Origin: a bacterium
Lineage (GTDB): Bacteria; Patescibacteriota; Microgenomatia; Levybacterales; UBA12049
Direction of reading: 5' to 3'
NCBI GenBank assembly: GCA_021780675.1
Contig: JAJXYH010000013.1
Span: 593-64,592, forward strand
Length of the DNA: 64,000 nt
The translations under genes were made by a program, and so were the position numbers. This document shows, piece by piece, positions 30,875-41,159 of this stretch. Numbering within the stretch: the stretch's first letter is position 1; every line of letters begins with the position of its first letter. The notes under the pieces were generated by a model. It was not told where the DNA came from. It saw only the letters and a program-made list of their open reading frames with translations, and did not search any database.

Positions 30875-31812
30875 AAAATTCGCATCCGTTACAGACCATG
30901 CTTTGGGCACAATTTAGAACAAACACGGGTATAAAAGTTATAAATTTAAATGATTTATTTATTACAATCCATCCCGTTCCGCACACAAATTATGCAATCG
31001 GATATTTACCAAAAGGGCCTGATGTCACTAAAGAATTATTAGACAGTCTTTGGGAACTGGGTAAAAAGGAAAATTGTATTTTTATTCAAATTGAGCCAAA
31101 TATAGAAAAAGACAATAAAAAATACAATTTCAAAAATTTATTTCCTTCTGCTCATCCACTTTTTACAAAATATAACTTTATTTTAGATTTAACAAAATCA
31201 GAAGATGAGTTATTAAAGAACATGCAACCAAAAACAAGATATAATATACGTCTTGCACAAAAAAGGGGAGTAACCGTAAAAGAGGACAACAGTGATAATG
31301 CGTTTAAAGAGTACATAAACTTAACTAAAGAAACTACTAAAAGGCAGAATTTTTATGCACACACAACAAAATATCATGAAATAATGTGGGATACTTTTAA
31401 AAAAAACAAAAATAATGATCCTGACAATTTTACGCCTCATTTATTAATAGCACGTTACGAAGGTAAAGTATTAACAGCATGGTTATTGTTTTCTTTAAAA
31501 GACACTTTATATTACCCATACGGTGCGTCGACAATTGAACATCGTGAGGTTATGGCTTCAAATTTAATGATGTGGGAAGCCATAAGGTTTGGCAAAAAAA
31601 TGGGTTTGAAAAAATTTGACATGTGGGGGGCGGCAAATGTAGAAACCCCTAAACCAGATAATATATATTATGGATTCCATAAATTTAAATCGGGGTATGG
31701 ACCAAGACACGTCGAATATATGGGAAGTTATGATTTTGCAATAAGAAAAAACTTATATCTTTTTTATAAACTTGCCAATAAGTTAAGGTGGATTATTCTA
31801 AAATTTAGATAA
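30871..31812 (+). CDS. FemABX-family peptidoglycan bridge aminoacyltransferase
   Basis: HPLQT..W, YLPKGP, KTRYNIRLA.KRGV, YYPYGAS, FDMWG, FKSGYG. Confidence 0.9.
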   Translation: MKNSHPLQTMLWAQFRTNTGIKVINLNDLFITIHPVPHTNYAIGYLPKGPDVTKELLDSLWELGKKENCIFIQIEPNIEKDNKKYNFKNLFPSAHPLFTKYNFILDLTKSEDELLKNMQPKTRYNIRLAQKRGVTVKEDNSDNAFKEYINLTKETTKRQNFYAHTTKYHEIMWDTFKKNKNNDPDNFTPHLLIARYEGKVLTAWLLFSLKDTLYYPYGASTIEHREVMASNLMMWEAIRFGKKMGLKKFDMWGAANVETPKPDNIYYGFHKFKSGYGPRHVEYMGSYDFAIRKNLYLFYKLANKLRWIILKFR

Positions 31813-32320
31813 TATACAATTTTAATCTATTTTCTTTATCTATTAGTTGTGGCTTTTGATCTTCAATATCATATATAAAACTTACAATTTTTGTTCCTTT
31901 TTTTAATTCTTTTTTAAATTTAGGAAGCAATTTTTTTAATGCTACAGGAACCAAATATACTATTACAACCGTTGCTTCAGATATATTCTCCTTAAAAAAG
32001 TTATCTTTTTTAATAATAACCTTACGTTCTAAATTATTTTTCTTAATCCTTAAGATTGCAATCCAGACCCTTATTGGATCAATCTCTATTCCAACACCTT
32101 TTGCCCCAAGCTTCCCTGTCTGAATAAGAACCTCCCCATCCCCACAACCTAAATCGTAAACTACGTCTTTGGAGGAAATTTTTGCCAGTTTACAGATTGC
32201 CTTAGCAGTTTTAGTATTCGTTCTCCACCATGGTGCCCAAGGACTATCCGGCGGCCAAATCATTGATAAAAAAATCAATAACACAAAAACTATAAAAATG
32301 ATAATTACATTTACTAACAT
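31805..32320 (-). CDS. Membrane-anchored SAM-dependent methyltransferase
   Basis: VYDLGCGDG, GIEID; N-terminal TM. Confidence 0.88.
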   Translation of the reverse strand: MLVNVIIIFIVFVLLIFLSMIWPPDSPWAPWWRTNTKTAKAICKLAKISSKDVVYDLGCGDGEVLIQTGKLGAKGVGIEIDPIRVWIAILRIKKNNLERKVIIKKDNFFKENISEATVVIVYLVPVALKKLLPKFKKELKKGTKIVSFIYDIEDQKPQLIDKENRLKLYII

Positions 32321-32604
32321 TAAATAATTTTAAATACTTTACCTAAAATATTTTTACGATCTATGAAGCCAATTTTTCTACTATCTAAACTGTCATTTAT
32401 ATTATCACCAATTACAAAATATTGATTATCTTTAATTTGGGAGATTCGCTTTACCATTTTCTTATTATTGAACTTAAAAGCAACTATATCATTAACTTTG
32501 GGTTCTTTAAATATGTAAAATAAATTACTAACCAGTACGATGTTATTATTTTTAAGTGCAGGTTCCATGCTGTGTCCAATTATTCTTAATTTACCAAGAA
32601 GCAT
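32320..32604 (-). CDS. sodX: Nickel-SOD maturation protease (S26-like)
   Basis: GHSMEP, VKRI, GDN..DSLDSR; directly downstream of sodN. Confidence 0.88.
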   Translation of the reverse strand: MLLGKLRIIGHSMEPALKNNNIVLVSNLFYIFKEPKVNDIVAFKFNNKKMVKRISQIKDNQYFVIGDNINDSLDSRKIGFIDRKNILGKVFKII

Positions 32605-33086
32605 TATTTGTAGATTACTACTTCACCTTCTGTGGGGTAAACAGATTTAATTCTGACCGGAGTAACCTTTTTTGTCTTATAAAAAATTTCCGCTATTTCC
32701 AAAACTCCATAAAGTGCCATGAGTGCCGAATCCATATCTATGTTCTGTCTTGCTTTTGCCGAAGCTCTTAGAGTTTTCACAAATAACTCGTTTAGGTTTT
32801 TGAATTCATTAAAATGTTCATCCTTAAAATAGTCATTTCTAAGTGTTTCCAGTTCTTCTTCTAATAAATCCGAGTGTTTTTCTTTAACATGAGTAATTCT
32901 TGCAATTGTGTGATCTGAAGTTAAATTATCATCTTGTTTTATATCTTGTAACATCTTGGTCATTCTTACTACTGTGTGTGCAGCAAGTTGTGCCTGATGT
33001 GGATCATAAATTCCGCAAGGAATATCACAATGCGCAAAAGCAATGTCTTCTTTTATAAATTTTGTAACAAATTTAATAATGTTCAT
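32604..33086 (-). CDS. sodN: Nickel superoxide dismutase
   Basis: Ni-hook HCDIPCGIYDP after an 18-residue leader. Confidence 0.95.
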   Translation of the reverse strand: MNIIKFVTKFIKEDIAFAHCDIPCGIYDPHQAQLAAHTVVRMTKMLQDIKQDDNLTSDHTIARITHVKEKHSDLLEEELETLRNDYFKDEHFNEFKNLNELFVKTLRASAKARQNIDMDSALMALYGVLEIAEIFYKTKKVTPVRIKSVYPTEGEVVIYK

Positions 33087-33127
33087 TATTTGAAAATAGT
33101 ACTACTTAAAAAAAGAAAAGTCAAAAC

Positions 33128-33739
33128 TTAAAATCCTAAAGCTTCGTTTACTATAATTGCAGTTACCCGGTCTTTTACAGGTTCTTTTGTATAAATAACA
33201 AGCTTACTTACGTTGCTGGGAATCCCATAAAGCTTCTTAAGTCTTTCCGACTCAAGCGGTAAAACATAATCGTATATCCTTCTATTTGCCTCCTCGAGAT
33301 CTTTTACGATTTTTTGCGCACCAATTACCCATATTACCTTTCCGGCGCTAAACACATATGCCGCCATTTGACTCCCTGAATTTGATACAACCAATACTTC
33401 TCCTAACTCTGTTACAGCGTGAACGCTACCAACAATAACTTGAGGAGTTGAACGAAGTTCCCGTATTCTATCAGCATCTTTTTCATGATCTAATGCCATA
33501 TATTCTTTTCTTACCGAAACGATGTTATCCGAATTTTCAATTTCATTCGCAATATCTGTTTGATTAAGAGTTTCCGACTGACTAGCTAAAACCCGTGCTC
33601 CTTGAGGAATTAATTCTAATACTTTTTTCTTTGCCTCCTCGGAAGTTTCTACAAAATATGCATCTATATTTCTGTTTTTAAGATTATTAACTACTTTATG
33701 TATAATATTTTTGTCTGCAACTTTTTTCCAATCATTCAT
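33128..33739 (-). CDS. LUD domain protein (lactate-utilisation/YkgG-like)
   Basis: GSVHAVTE.G, SNSGSQ, GAQKIV, NEALGF. Confidence 0.8.
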   Translation of the reverse strand: MNDWKKVADKNIIHKVVNNLKNRNIDAYFVETSEEAKKKVLELIPQGARVLASQSETLNQTDIANEIENSDNIVSVRKEYMALDHEKDADRIRELRSTPQVIVGSVHAVTELGEVLVVSNSGSQMAAYVFSAGKVIWVIGAQKIVKDLEEANRRIYDYVLPLESERLKKLYGIPSNVSKLVIYTKEPVKDRVTAIIVNEALGF

Positions 33740-33794
33740 ATTGACATGATAAACTATGCACTATATAATGTCAAGTAGTTACAATAAGTATAGT

Positions 33795-34100
33795 ATGGGA
33801 AACAGAGATATACAAGAAATTTCAAAAGTTGCAAAAATTATCGGTAGTAAATGGACACTCTCAATAATTAATTCTCTTTTAGAAGGAACTAAAAGGTTTG
33901 GGCAACTACAAAAAGAGGTTGGTGAAATAAACCCTCGAACCTTATCTAAAAGACTGCAAGATCTTGAAAAACAGGGTTACCTTACAAAAAAAGTTTACGC
34001 TCAAGTTCCACCCAAAGTTGAATATTCTTTAACCAAAAAGGGTGGGGTTTTTAAATTAGTAGTAAGTGCCGTTAAAACTTGTGATAATAAGTTAAAATAA
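33795..34100 (+). CDS. HxlR-family winged-helix transcriptional regulator
   Basis: IGSKWT, KRFGQL, TLSKRL, VPPKVEYSLT. Start set to ATG 33795. Confidence 0.9.
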   Translation: MGNRDIQEISKVAKIIGSKWTLSIINSLLEGTKRFGQLQKEVGEINPRTLSKRLQDLEKQGYLTKKVYAQVPPKVEYSLTKKGGVFKLVVSAVKTCDNKLK

Positions 34101-34101
34101 A

Positions 34102-34638
34102 TTATCTATAACGGATATCTTTAAAATCCGCACCTTCTTCATTGAAATGCATCCATCTAATAATAGGTTCTTTTATTGCTTCGCCGTTAACCATTTTTTC
34201 TGTTTTTCCCAAAATAACCCTGACATATAATCCTCTTTCTCCAACGAACTTAAAACTCGCATCATAAAATTCTCCTTCAGCAGGAGGACATACCTCCAAA
34301 GCTGTAGCAGCCCTTTCTTCTATACTGTCCCAACTTGCAGCTTTAGAATTTTCATCTTTATTGGGAATATCCAATGTAGGTATATCTTCAATTTTTTTAT
34401 AGTAAACTATGCCTGACGGAGCCCAAACATCTGTAGGAAGATCCCTTCCTTTAAAATACTCTCCACCATTTCTTATCACCGGCACTTGTTCAGATTTTGG
34501 AGCTACGTAAGTAGATTCCTCACTAGGTTTAGGTGGATTATCAAAAAAACTAACAGGTACGCTCCTAACTTTATCAGGATGATTACCTAATCGTCTTATA
34601 GCTTTTGGCACTCTGCCGGTTGGACCTTCTTCTCCCAT
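34102..34638 (-). CDS. Hypothetical protein
   Basis: Open frame filling the gap; TGTTATAAT 6 nt before ATG 34638. Confidence 0.65.
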   Translation of the reverse strand: MGEEGPTGRVPKAIRRLGNHPDKVRSVPVSFFDNPPKPSEESTYVAPKSEQVPVIRNGGEYFKGRDLPTDVWAPSGIVYYKKIEDIPTLDIPNKDENSKAASWDSIEERAATALEVCPPAEGEFYDASFKFVGERGLYVRVILGKTEKMVNGEAIKEPIIRWMHFNEEGADFKDIRYR

Positions 34639-34695
34639 ACGCAGATTATAACATAATGGGTTGAATGAAAAATATTTTTCCTGCATAATTAGTTT

Positions 34696-35697
34696 ATGCT
34701 AGACCTTTTGAATGTTGGTGATACAGTTATTGATATTTTTTTAAGAATATCCGAAGATAATCCCAAATTTAGCCTCGACAAAAACACCAATAAGCTAATG
34801 ATTAATTTTGGGGATAAACTAACTGTTGAAAAATACGTTATTGGACTTGGTGGCAATGCTACTAATACTGCTGTTGGAACAGCAAGACTAGGAATAAAAA
34901 CAGGACTCGTTGCGGAAGCAGGAAACGATGAATTTTCCCAAAAAATTATTAAGTCTTTAAAAGAAGAGGGTGTTGATTCAAAATATGTAATATTTGACAA
35001 TAACAAACAAACCTCAATTACTGTTGCGCTAAGCTACGACGGAGAAAGAACTTTATTTACAGAATATGTAGAAAGAGGACATAAATTCGATTTCGAGGAT
35101 GCAGAAACCAAAATGGTTTACTTAACCAGTTTAGGCAATGTTTGGGAACACGTGTATGGGGAAACCATTGATTTCGTTAATAAAAAACAGACTTTACTTG
35201 CTTTTAACCCGGGGACTGTTCAACTTGAGCATAAAAATAAAACCGTAATTGATGTAATTGAAAAAACAGATTATTTATTTGTGAACAAACAGGAGGCAGA
35301 AGAAATTTTATATGGAAAGGAATTAGGACTTAACAAGGAAACCGACGGAAATTTAATTACAAAATTACTCTTTGGACTTAAGGCTCTTGGAGCAAAAAAT
35401 GTAATTATTACAGATTCGGATAAAGGTTCTTATGTTTATACGAAAGATGATAAAAAATACCATTTAGGAATTGTAAAAGTAGATGTTGTAGAAAAAACCG
35501 GCGCGGGGGATGCTTATACTGCCGGATTTTTGTCTGCAATTTTAAAAGGGCATGATATAAAAGATGCTATGATTTGGGGATCAATTAACTCCTCTGGTGC
35601 AATTCAACAAATTGGATCGCAAAACGGGATGCTAAATGAAGAAAAAATTACCACAATTATAAATTCGCTTTCAAATTTTACTCCCGAAGAGTTATAA
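34696..35697 (+). CDS. PfkB-family carbohydrate kinase
   Basis: GGNATNTAVG.ARLG, NPG, N..EA, TGAGDAY.AGF. Confidence 0.92.
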   Translation: MLDLLNVGDTVIDIFLRISEDNPKFSLDKNTNKLMINFGDKLTVEKYVIGLGGNATNTAVGTARLGIKTGLVAEAGNDEFSQKIIKSLKEEGVDSKYVIFDNNKQTSITVALSYDGERTLFTEYVERGHKFDFEDAETKMVYLTSLGNVWEHVYGETIDFVNKKQTLLAFNPGTVQLEHKNKTVIDVIEKTDYLFVNKQEAEEILYGKELGLNKETDGNLITKLLFGLKALGAKNVIITDSDKGSYVYTKDDKKYHLGIVKVDVVEKTGAGDAYTAGFLSAILKGHDIKDAMIWGSINSSGAIQQIGSQNGMLNEEKITTIINSLSNFTPEEL

Positions 35698-35719
35698 TTT
35701 TATCCACATATTAACTTTT

Positions 35720-37489
35720 ATGAAAAATATAGTTAAAATTATTAAAATATCAAAACCCCTCCATCCTTTAATAGGTCTTATTTCCTTATTAATTATTATT
35801 TATTCCGTATTAGGCCTTGTGTCTCCTGTTCTTTCTAAATTAATTGTTGATGAAATTGTTAAACATATTCAAAGAAAAAATTCTAGCTTAGACTATCTAA
35901 TTTTTTTAATTTTTATTGCTTTTTTATCAAGTGTATTATCAATTATCTTAAATTCTATCAGCGATCGCCTTGGAGACTATTTGGCAGGCCGACTCAGAAA
36001 ATTCTTAACAGAAAAATTTTATTATAAAATACTTGGACTTCCCCAAAGTTTTTTTGACTCCTCAGTTTCCGGAAAAATTGTTAACCAGCTAAACAGAGGA
36101 ATACAAATAATTCAAGACTTTGCCAACACAGTTACTAGTTTTATATTGCCATCCATTTTACAAACAATATTTACGATTGCTATTTTAGCCTATTATAACG
36201 TTCCAATTGCAATCTTTACTTTTCTTTTATTCCCTATTTACATAATACTTTCTTACTTTTCAATTAAACAGTGGGGAAGATACGAAGAACAAAAAAATAA
36301 AATTGAGGATTTTAATAGAGGTAGGATTCAGGAAGTAATTTTAAACATCCCTCTTGTAAAAAGTTTTAACAACCAATTGGATGAATTTAAACAAGTAGTT
36401 GATAATTTAAGTCAAATTAATACGCTTTATGACAAACAAAGTAATAATTATCATCTTATAGATTTTTTAAGAAATTTTAGCCTAAGTATTATTCTACTTT
36501 TAGTAAATGTTATTGTTTTTTACGGCGCTTTTAAGCAAAGTTTAACCCTAGGAGAAATGGTATTAATTTTACAGCTTATGGGACAAATTAGATCTCCACT
36601 TTTTGCAATGTCATTTATTTTATCTAGAGTACAGGCTGCAGAAAGCGGTTCAAAAGAATTTTTTGAAATATTAAATCTTAAATCTACTGAAGATTTTGAA
36701 AACTATAAACAAACAAAAAAATTAGAAAATGCAGGTATAGAATTTAAGGGGGTTTCGTTTAAATATAAGGATAGCAAAGATGTGTTAAATAATATTTCAT
36801 TTAAACTTAGGGCAAATGAAAAAATTGCTTTGGTTGGGCATAGCGGTGCAGGAAAAACTACAATTATTAATTTAATTATGAAGTTTTATGATCCTATAAA
36901 AGGAGATATTTTTTTAAACAATATTAATTATAAAAATCAGGACGTGAGTTTTATAAGGAATAATATTTCATTGGTTTTTCAAGAAAGTGAACTTTTTTCA
37001 TCCAGCATTAAAGATAATGTTTCTTATGGAAAAAAACTGGCAAGTGAAAAAGAGATAATTAATGCATTAAAACTTGCAAATGCCTATGAATTTGTAGTGG
37101 ATTTTACGGATAAACTTAACACTTTGGTTGGAGAAAAAGGGGTTAAGCTTTCGGGCGGACAAAAACAAAGAATTCAAATAGCAAGAGCTATTCTTAAAGA
37201 TAGTCCAATTGTAATTTTAGATGAAGCAACCAGCTCTTTGGATGCAAAAAGCGAAAGAGATGTTCATGAAGCATTGGAAAACTTAACTAAAAATAAGCTG
37301 GTATTAATAATTGCACACCGTTTTTCAACCATACAAAATGTAGAAAAAATTATTGTACTTGATAAAGGACATATAAGTGATTTCGATACTCCCAAAAATC
37401 TTGCAAATAAGAAAGGTATTTATTCTGAGCTTCTACATTATCAAATTGAGGGAAATAAAAAATTACTTAAAGAATTTGATTTACAGTAA
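35720..37489 (+). CDS. ABC exporter, fused permease/ATPase (MsbA-like)
   Basis: GHSGAGKT, LSGGQKQR, ILDEATS, IAHR; N-terminal 6-TM domain. Confidence 0.93.
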   Translation: MKNIVKIIKISKPLHPLIGLISLLIIIYSVLGLVSPVLSKLIVDEIVKHIQRKNSSLDYLIFLIFIAFLSSVLSIILNSISDRLGDYLAGRLRKFLTEKFYYKILGLPQSFFDSSVSGKIVNQLNRGIQIIQDFANTVTSFILPSILQTIFTIAILAYYNVPIAIFTFLLFPIYIILSYFSIKQWGRYEEQKNKIEDFNRGRIQEVILNIPLVKSFNNQLDEFKQVVDNLSQINTLYDKQSNNYHLIDFLRNFSLSIILLLVNVIVFYGAFKQSLTLGEMVLILQLMGQIRSPLFAMSFILSRVQAAESGSKEFFEILNLKSTEDFENYKQTKKLENAGIEFKGVSFKYKDSKDVLNNISFKLRANEKIALVGHSGAGKTTIINLIMKFYDPIKGDIFLNNINYKNQDVSFIRNNISLVFQESELFSSSIKDNVSYGKKLASEKEIINALKLANAYEFVVDFTDKLNTLVGEKGVKLSGGQKQRIQIARAILKDSPIVILDEATSSLDAKSERDVHEALENLTKNKLVLIIAHRFSTIQNVEKIIVLDKGHISDFDTPKNLANKKGIYSELLHYQIEGNKKLLKEFDLQ

Positions 37490-37490
37490 T

Positions 37491-38060
37491 CTATTTAACG
37501 CTTAGAAGTTCAACTTCAAATATTAAAGTTGAATTGGGTGGGATTGAGCCCGCGGGTTGACTTCCGTAACCTAAATCCGGCGGAATGATAAGTTTTCTCT
37601 TCCCACCGACTTTCATGCCAACTATCCCCTCATCCCAACCTTTAATTACTTGTCCTACTCCAATTCGTGTTGTAAACGGAGTATTTCTGTCATATGAGCT
37701 ATCAAATTTAGTTCCATTTTCAAGTGTGCCTACATAATTAACCATAACTGTATCCCCTGTCTTAGCCTCTTGTCCTGATCCCACAGTTTCATCCATATAT
37801 TTTAACCCGTCTGCTGTCGTTGTGTAATTATCCATACTAGCTCCGTTTGTTGCCTGTGCGTTTTCAGGCTGTGGAGTAATTATAGCAGGTTGTTGAATTG
37901 GTGTAGGGGTTATTTGATTGGTTGGGAAAAGCGTTGGAATTAAATCCATTGGATTTTGTTTGGGAGCCGAGGGACCCTGATTTGATAAAAAGAATATTGC
38001 CCCAATACCAATAAAAATAACAGCAGCGACGATAAAATATGGTACAGCTTTTTTTAACAT
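37491..38060 (-). CDS. Membrane-anchored FKBP-type peptidyl-prolyl isomerase
   Basis: YVGTL..FDSS, VIKGWDEG, IPPDLGYG, IPPNSTL.FEVEL. Confidence 0.95.
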   Translation of the reverse strand: MLKKAVPYFIVAAVIFIGIGAIFFLSNQGPSAPKQNPMDLIPTLFPTNQITPTPIQQPAIITPQPENAQATNGASMDNYTTTADGLKYMDETVGSGQEAKTGDTVMVNYVGTLENGTKFDSSYDRNTPFTTRIGVGQVIKGWDEGIVGMKVGGKRKLIIPPDLGYGSQPAGSIPPNSTLIFEVELLSVK

Positions 38061-38103
38061 AGGTGAATAATACTAAAAAAATTAATTTTAGTGAATAGGC
38101 AAT

Positions 38104-38442
38104 TTAATGTTTTCCCAAAAAACCTAAAAAGGTATTTGAAATTGATAATACAATTCCAAATACTAAGGCCGATAAGAATCCATCAACTATAAATCCGGGG
38201 ACAATCCAACCCACCAACAAAATTAAAACCGCATTTAATACAAGAGCAAAAAGACCAAGAGTTAATAAAGTGATCGGAAGTGTCAATATAATTAATAACG
38301 GTTTTAAAACTGCATTAACTACACCCAAAACTAATGCTACAGCTAAGGCAGTAATAAAACCCGAAACATGAACTCCGGGCACAATATATGCCGCAACTAC
38401 TATTACCATTGCCGATATTATCCAGTTTATAAGTATTTTCAT
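38104..38442 (-). CDS. 4-TM holin-family (YvlD-like) membrane protein
   Basis: NAVLKPLL.ILTLP..LLTLGLF.LV.NA. Confidence 0.88.
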   Translation of the reverse strand: MKILINWIISAMVIVVAAYIVPGVHVSGFITALAVALVLGVVNAVLKPLLIILTLPITLLTLGLFALVLNAVLILLVGWIVPGFIVDGFLSALVFGIVLSISNTFLGFLGKH

Positions 38443-38444
38443 CT

Positions 38445-38783
38445 TTATATGTTCTGTTGCCCCTCTTGTCCTCCGGCAGTAACTGACTGAAAAACCGTAC
38501 CAAACAAGGATTCTTGAGCATCTGGACTTACAATTTTATGAATCCTTTCAGAAAGACCGATAACCTCTATTAAATTACCCTGATTAACTGCTCTATTAAC
38601 CTCATCTGCTTGTTCCGTAAGTCCAACTTCCTCCGCAATTCCAATTGCCCGTCTGGCTGTTCGTAAAGCTAATTTTTCTGACAACTCGCTTGCCGAAGAA
38701 ATCCCTAGAGAAAGTCTTAAGCTTGGGTTGGAATCTAGAACTTGTCCTGAAAAATAATCTAAAGCTTCTTTTGGATCTGCCAT
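38445..38783 (-). CDS. Hypothetical protein
   Basis: Open frame; TTGACA and TATACT directly before ATG 38783. Confidence 0.6.
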   Translation of the reverse strand: MADPKEALDYFSGQVLDSNPSLRLSLGISSASELSEKLALRTARRAIGIAEEVGLTEQADEVNRAVNQGNLIEVIGLSERIHKIVSPDAQESLFGTVFQSVTAGGQEGQQNI

Positions 38784-38870
38784 GTAAAAAAAGTATACAG
38801 CTATATATTTAGGGTTGTCAATAAAATTAACATTCACGATTACCAAATAGAGTAATGTATAATAAACATT

Positions 38871-39425
38871 ATGAAAAATGATGTGGCAACTTTTGCCGGC
38901 GGCTGTTTTTGGTGCACAGAAGCAATATTTAAAAGATTAAAGGGTGTTTACTCTGTAACACCTGGTTATAGTGGAGGGGATATAGAAAATCCTTCTTATG
39001 AAAAGGTTTCCTCGGGAGAAACCGGACATGCAGAAAGTATTCAAATAAAATTTAATCTTGAAGAAATGCCTTATGCAGTACTATTAGAAATTTTCTGGCA
39101 TACCCATGACCCCACTACTATAAACATGCAGGGTAACGATATTGGCACACAATATAGATCGGCAATTTTTTATCATTCTGAAGAACAAAAAAATCAGGCC
39201 CTTGAATCCAAGAAAAAAATTGAAAAAGATAAAATCTATAAAGATCCAATCGTAACTCAAATATTACCTTTTAAGAATTTTTATGAAGCTGAAAATTACC
39301 ATAAAGATTATTATGACCGAAATAAAGATTATCCGTATTGCAATTTTGTAATAAGTCCCAAAATAAAAAAACTTATGGATAAATACAGTAAATTCGTTAA
39401 GAATGAATATTTAGAAAATAACTAG
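38871..39425 (+). CDS. msrA: Peptide methionine sulfoxide reductase A
   Basis: GGCFWC, GYSGG, TGHAE, GTQYRS, AENYHKDY. Confidence 0.96.
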   Translation: MKNDVATFAGGCFWCTEAIFKRLKGVYSVTPGYSGGDIENPSYEKVSSGETGHAESIQIKFNLEEMPYAVLLEIFWHTHDPTTINMQGNDIGTQYRSAIFYHSEEQKNQALESKKKIEKDKIYKDPIVTQILPFKNFYEAENYHKDYYDRNKDYPYCNFVISPKIKKLMDKYSKFVKNEYLENN

Positions 39426-40649
39426 TTATTTTCTAACAAAAAGAAGAGCGTTTGGTATGTTTCTGCCTGGTCCTGCCTTATAACCTCCGCCATACCAAAG
39501 TGCAGTTGATCCACCTTGATCTAAATTCATTGCATTATCCATTCCTAGCGCCTTTAATACATTTGCGCTTTCTTGCATCGTTGCGTTAAAAACAATTCCT
39601 ATATATGCAGTATTTCCCTTGTTCGCAACAAATGTTCTTGCTGCTTTTGGAGCATATTTTGCATCCCCTCCGCCGGAATAAACAACATTTCCATTATTAA
39701 CTAAAAGTGGGTAATTTGATAAAACCGAATCAACGCTTGTATCTCTTCCCCAAGATAAGGCTTGAGAAACAAATCTGGCATTATTACCATAGAAAATTAC
39801 TGCGGGATTGGTGCTATATACATTATTGGATGAATTAAAATATGTTTTATTTTTATTCATCACTAAAAGATCGAAAGAATTTGTTTTACCCACACAACTA
39901 GGATATTCTGCAGGGCAAAAATAAGAACCGTTAATTCCGGCGTATGCACCGCTTCTGGCAACATAATCTGCAAGCGGCATTACAGGACAATTATTGCCGC
40001 AATCCCCATCCGATGCGGTATCAACAATTACCTTTGTGGAATTTAGGTCGGCAGCAATAATATATACCGTAAAATCTGCTCCGTTTGCAGATACGGACTG
40101 AACAGAAAATCCGTTAGTGGGGGGGGTATTACTCTTAGTAACGTTTTGTGCCGGCGCACTTGCTGCAGCTTGAGCTTTCGCCAGCTCATCTTGTTTTTTC
40201 TTAACGCTATCCGCCAAAGAATTTAATTGAGCCGAGGCTGAAGGATAGTTAATTTCAGATATGTAATTTATTCCCTGCGCCAATTGCTTATCTAAATCGG
40301 ATGTGTCTTGTTTTTGTACTTTTAGGTCTAATATATTTTGATAAATATCAACAACGTCCTTAGATAAACTTTGTATATTGGTAATATTTTTCTTAAGTTG
40401 TTGATTTATTTTATATTGGTCTTGATTTTGTAAATCATTTAATTTACCTGCTGTAACTTTTAATTTATTCGTCAAATCGCTATTAGATCTTTTATAACTA
40501 TTTACATTATTTAACAAATTTACATTAGTAATAACCAATACAACAATTAGTACAGAAATTACTAGAATATCCGGAAGCTGCGTCTTAAATATGTGTTTAA
40601 AATCTAATTGTTTAAAATGTTTGATATATTTAAGTATGTTTAAGACCAC
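39426..40649 (-). CDS. Exported phosphodiester glycosidase (NAGPA-like) family protein with coiled coil
   Basis: GINGSYF, ART, AMNLDQGGST, RNIPNAL; N-terminal TM plus coiled coil. Confidence 0.85.
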   Translation of the reverse strand: MVLNILKYIKHFKQLDFKHIFKTQLPDILVISVLIVVLVITNVNLLNNVNSYKRSNSDLTNKLKVTAGKLNDLQNQDQYKINQQLKKNITNIQSLSKDVVDIYQNILDLKVQKQDTSDLDKQLAQGINYISEINYPSASAQLNSLADSVKKKQDELAKAQAAASAPAQNVTKSNTPPTNGFSVQSVSANGADFTVYIIAADLNSTKVIVDTASDGDCGNNCPVMPLADYVARSGAYAGINGSYFCPAEYPSCVGKTNSFDLLVMNKNKTYFNSSNNVYSTNPAVIFYGNNARFVSQALSWGRDTSVDSVLSNYPLLVNNGNVVYSGGGDAKYAPKAARTFVANKGNTAYIGIVFNATMQESANVLKALGMDNAMNLDQGGSTALWYGGGYKAGPGRNIPNALLFVRK

Positions 40650-40672
40650 AATTTATTATAGCAAATTATGCT

Positions 40673-41092
40673 TTATCTCTTAAACTTTGGGTAATAATTT
40701 ATTGTTAGAGCAATTACAAAACTTAATAACATTACCAGCTGACAAGTTAAACAAACAGGACAAATAACATGTAGAACAAATATCTCCTGAATCGTTAAAT
40801 AAAGGCAAAATATCATTCCAAATGTTACAATTGCCAAAACTGTTTTAGATTTCCTTAGTATTGATGACAATAATATGCCTATATACCCAAACAAACCAAT
40901 AATTGAAACTGGTATTCCCAAAATGGTTGAAAGAGCACCTTTCGTAACAGCATCGCAATTAACAGAACTATTTATATAGCATGACTCTAATACTGGTTTT
41001 GTTAAATAATTATAAAAAAGATACAGTGCAAGTAGTATTCCTATTACAGATAGAGTAGTCAAAACTTTCCAAATATTCAGTTTACTTAACAT
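40673..41092 (-). CDS. Vitamin K epoxide reductase family protein
   Basis: C.IN..VNC..V, LGIP.S..G, ICPVC. Confidence 0.9.
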   Translation of the reverse strand: MLSKLNIWKVLTTLSVIGILLALYLFYNYLTKPVLESCYINSSVNCDAVTKGALSTILGIPVSIIGLFGYIGILLSSILRKSKTVLAIVTFGMIFCLYLTIQEIFVLHVICPVCLTCQLVMLLSFVIALTINYYPKFKR

Positions 41093-41159
41093 AATTTTAT
41101 ATTCTCAATAAAAACATTATATGTCAATCTATTTGCCCCAAAGATGTATAATAAATGTG

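Noticed and set aside
33741-33774. TTGACAT...ATGTCAA inverted repeat between the LUD and HxlR genes
   Set aside because: Most simply two opposed -35 boxes of overlapping divergent promoters; I could not define an HxlR operator with confidence
38104-38442. Holin-family gene as a sign of a prophage
   Set aside because: The YvlD-like family is commonly chromosomal, and no endolysin, capsid, terminase or tail genes are nearby
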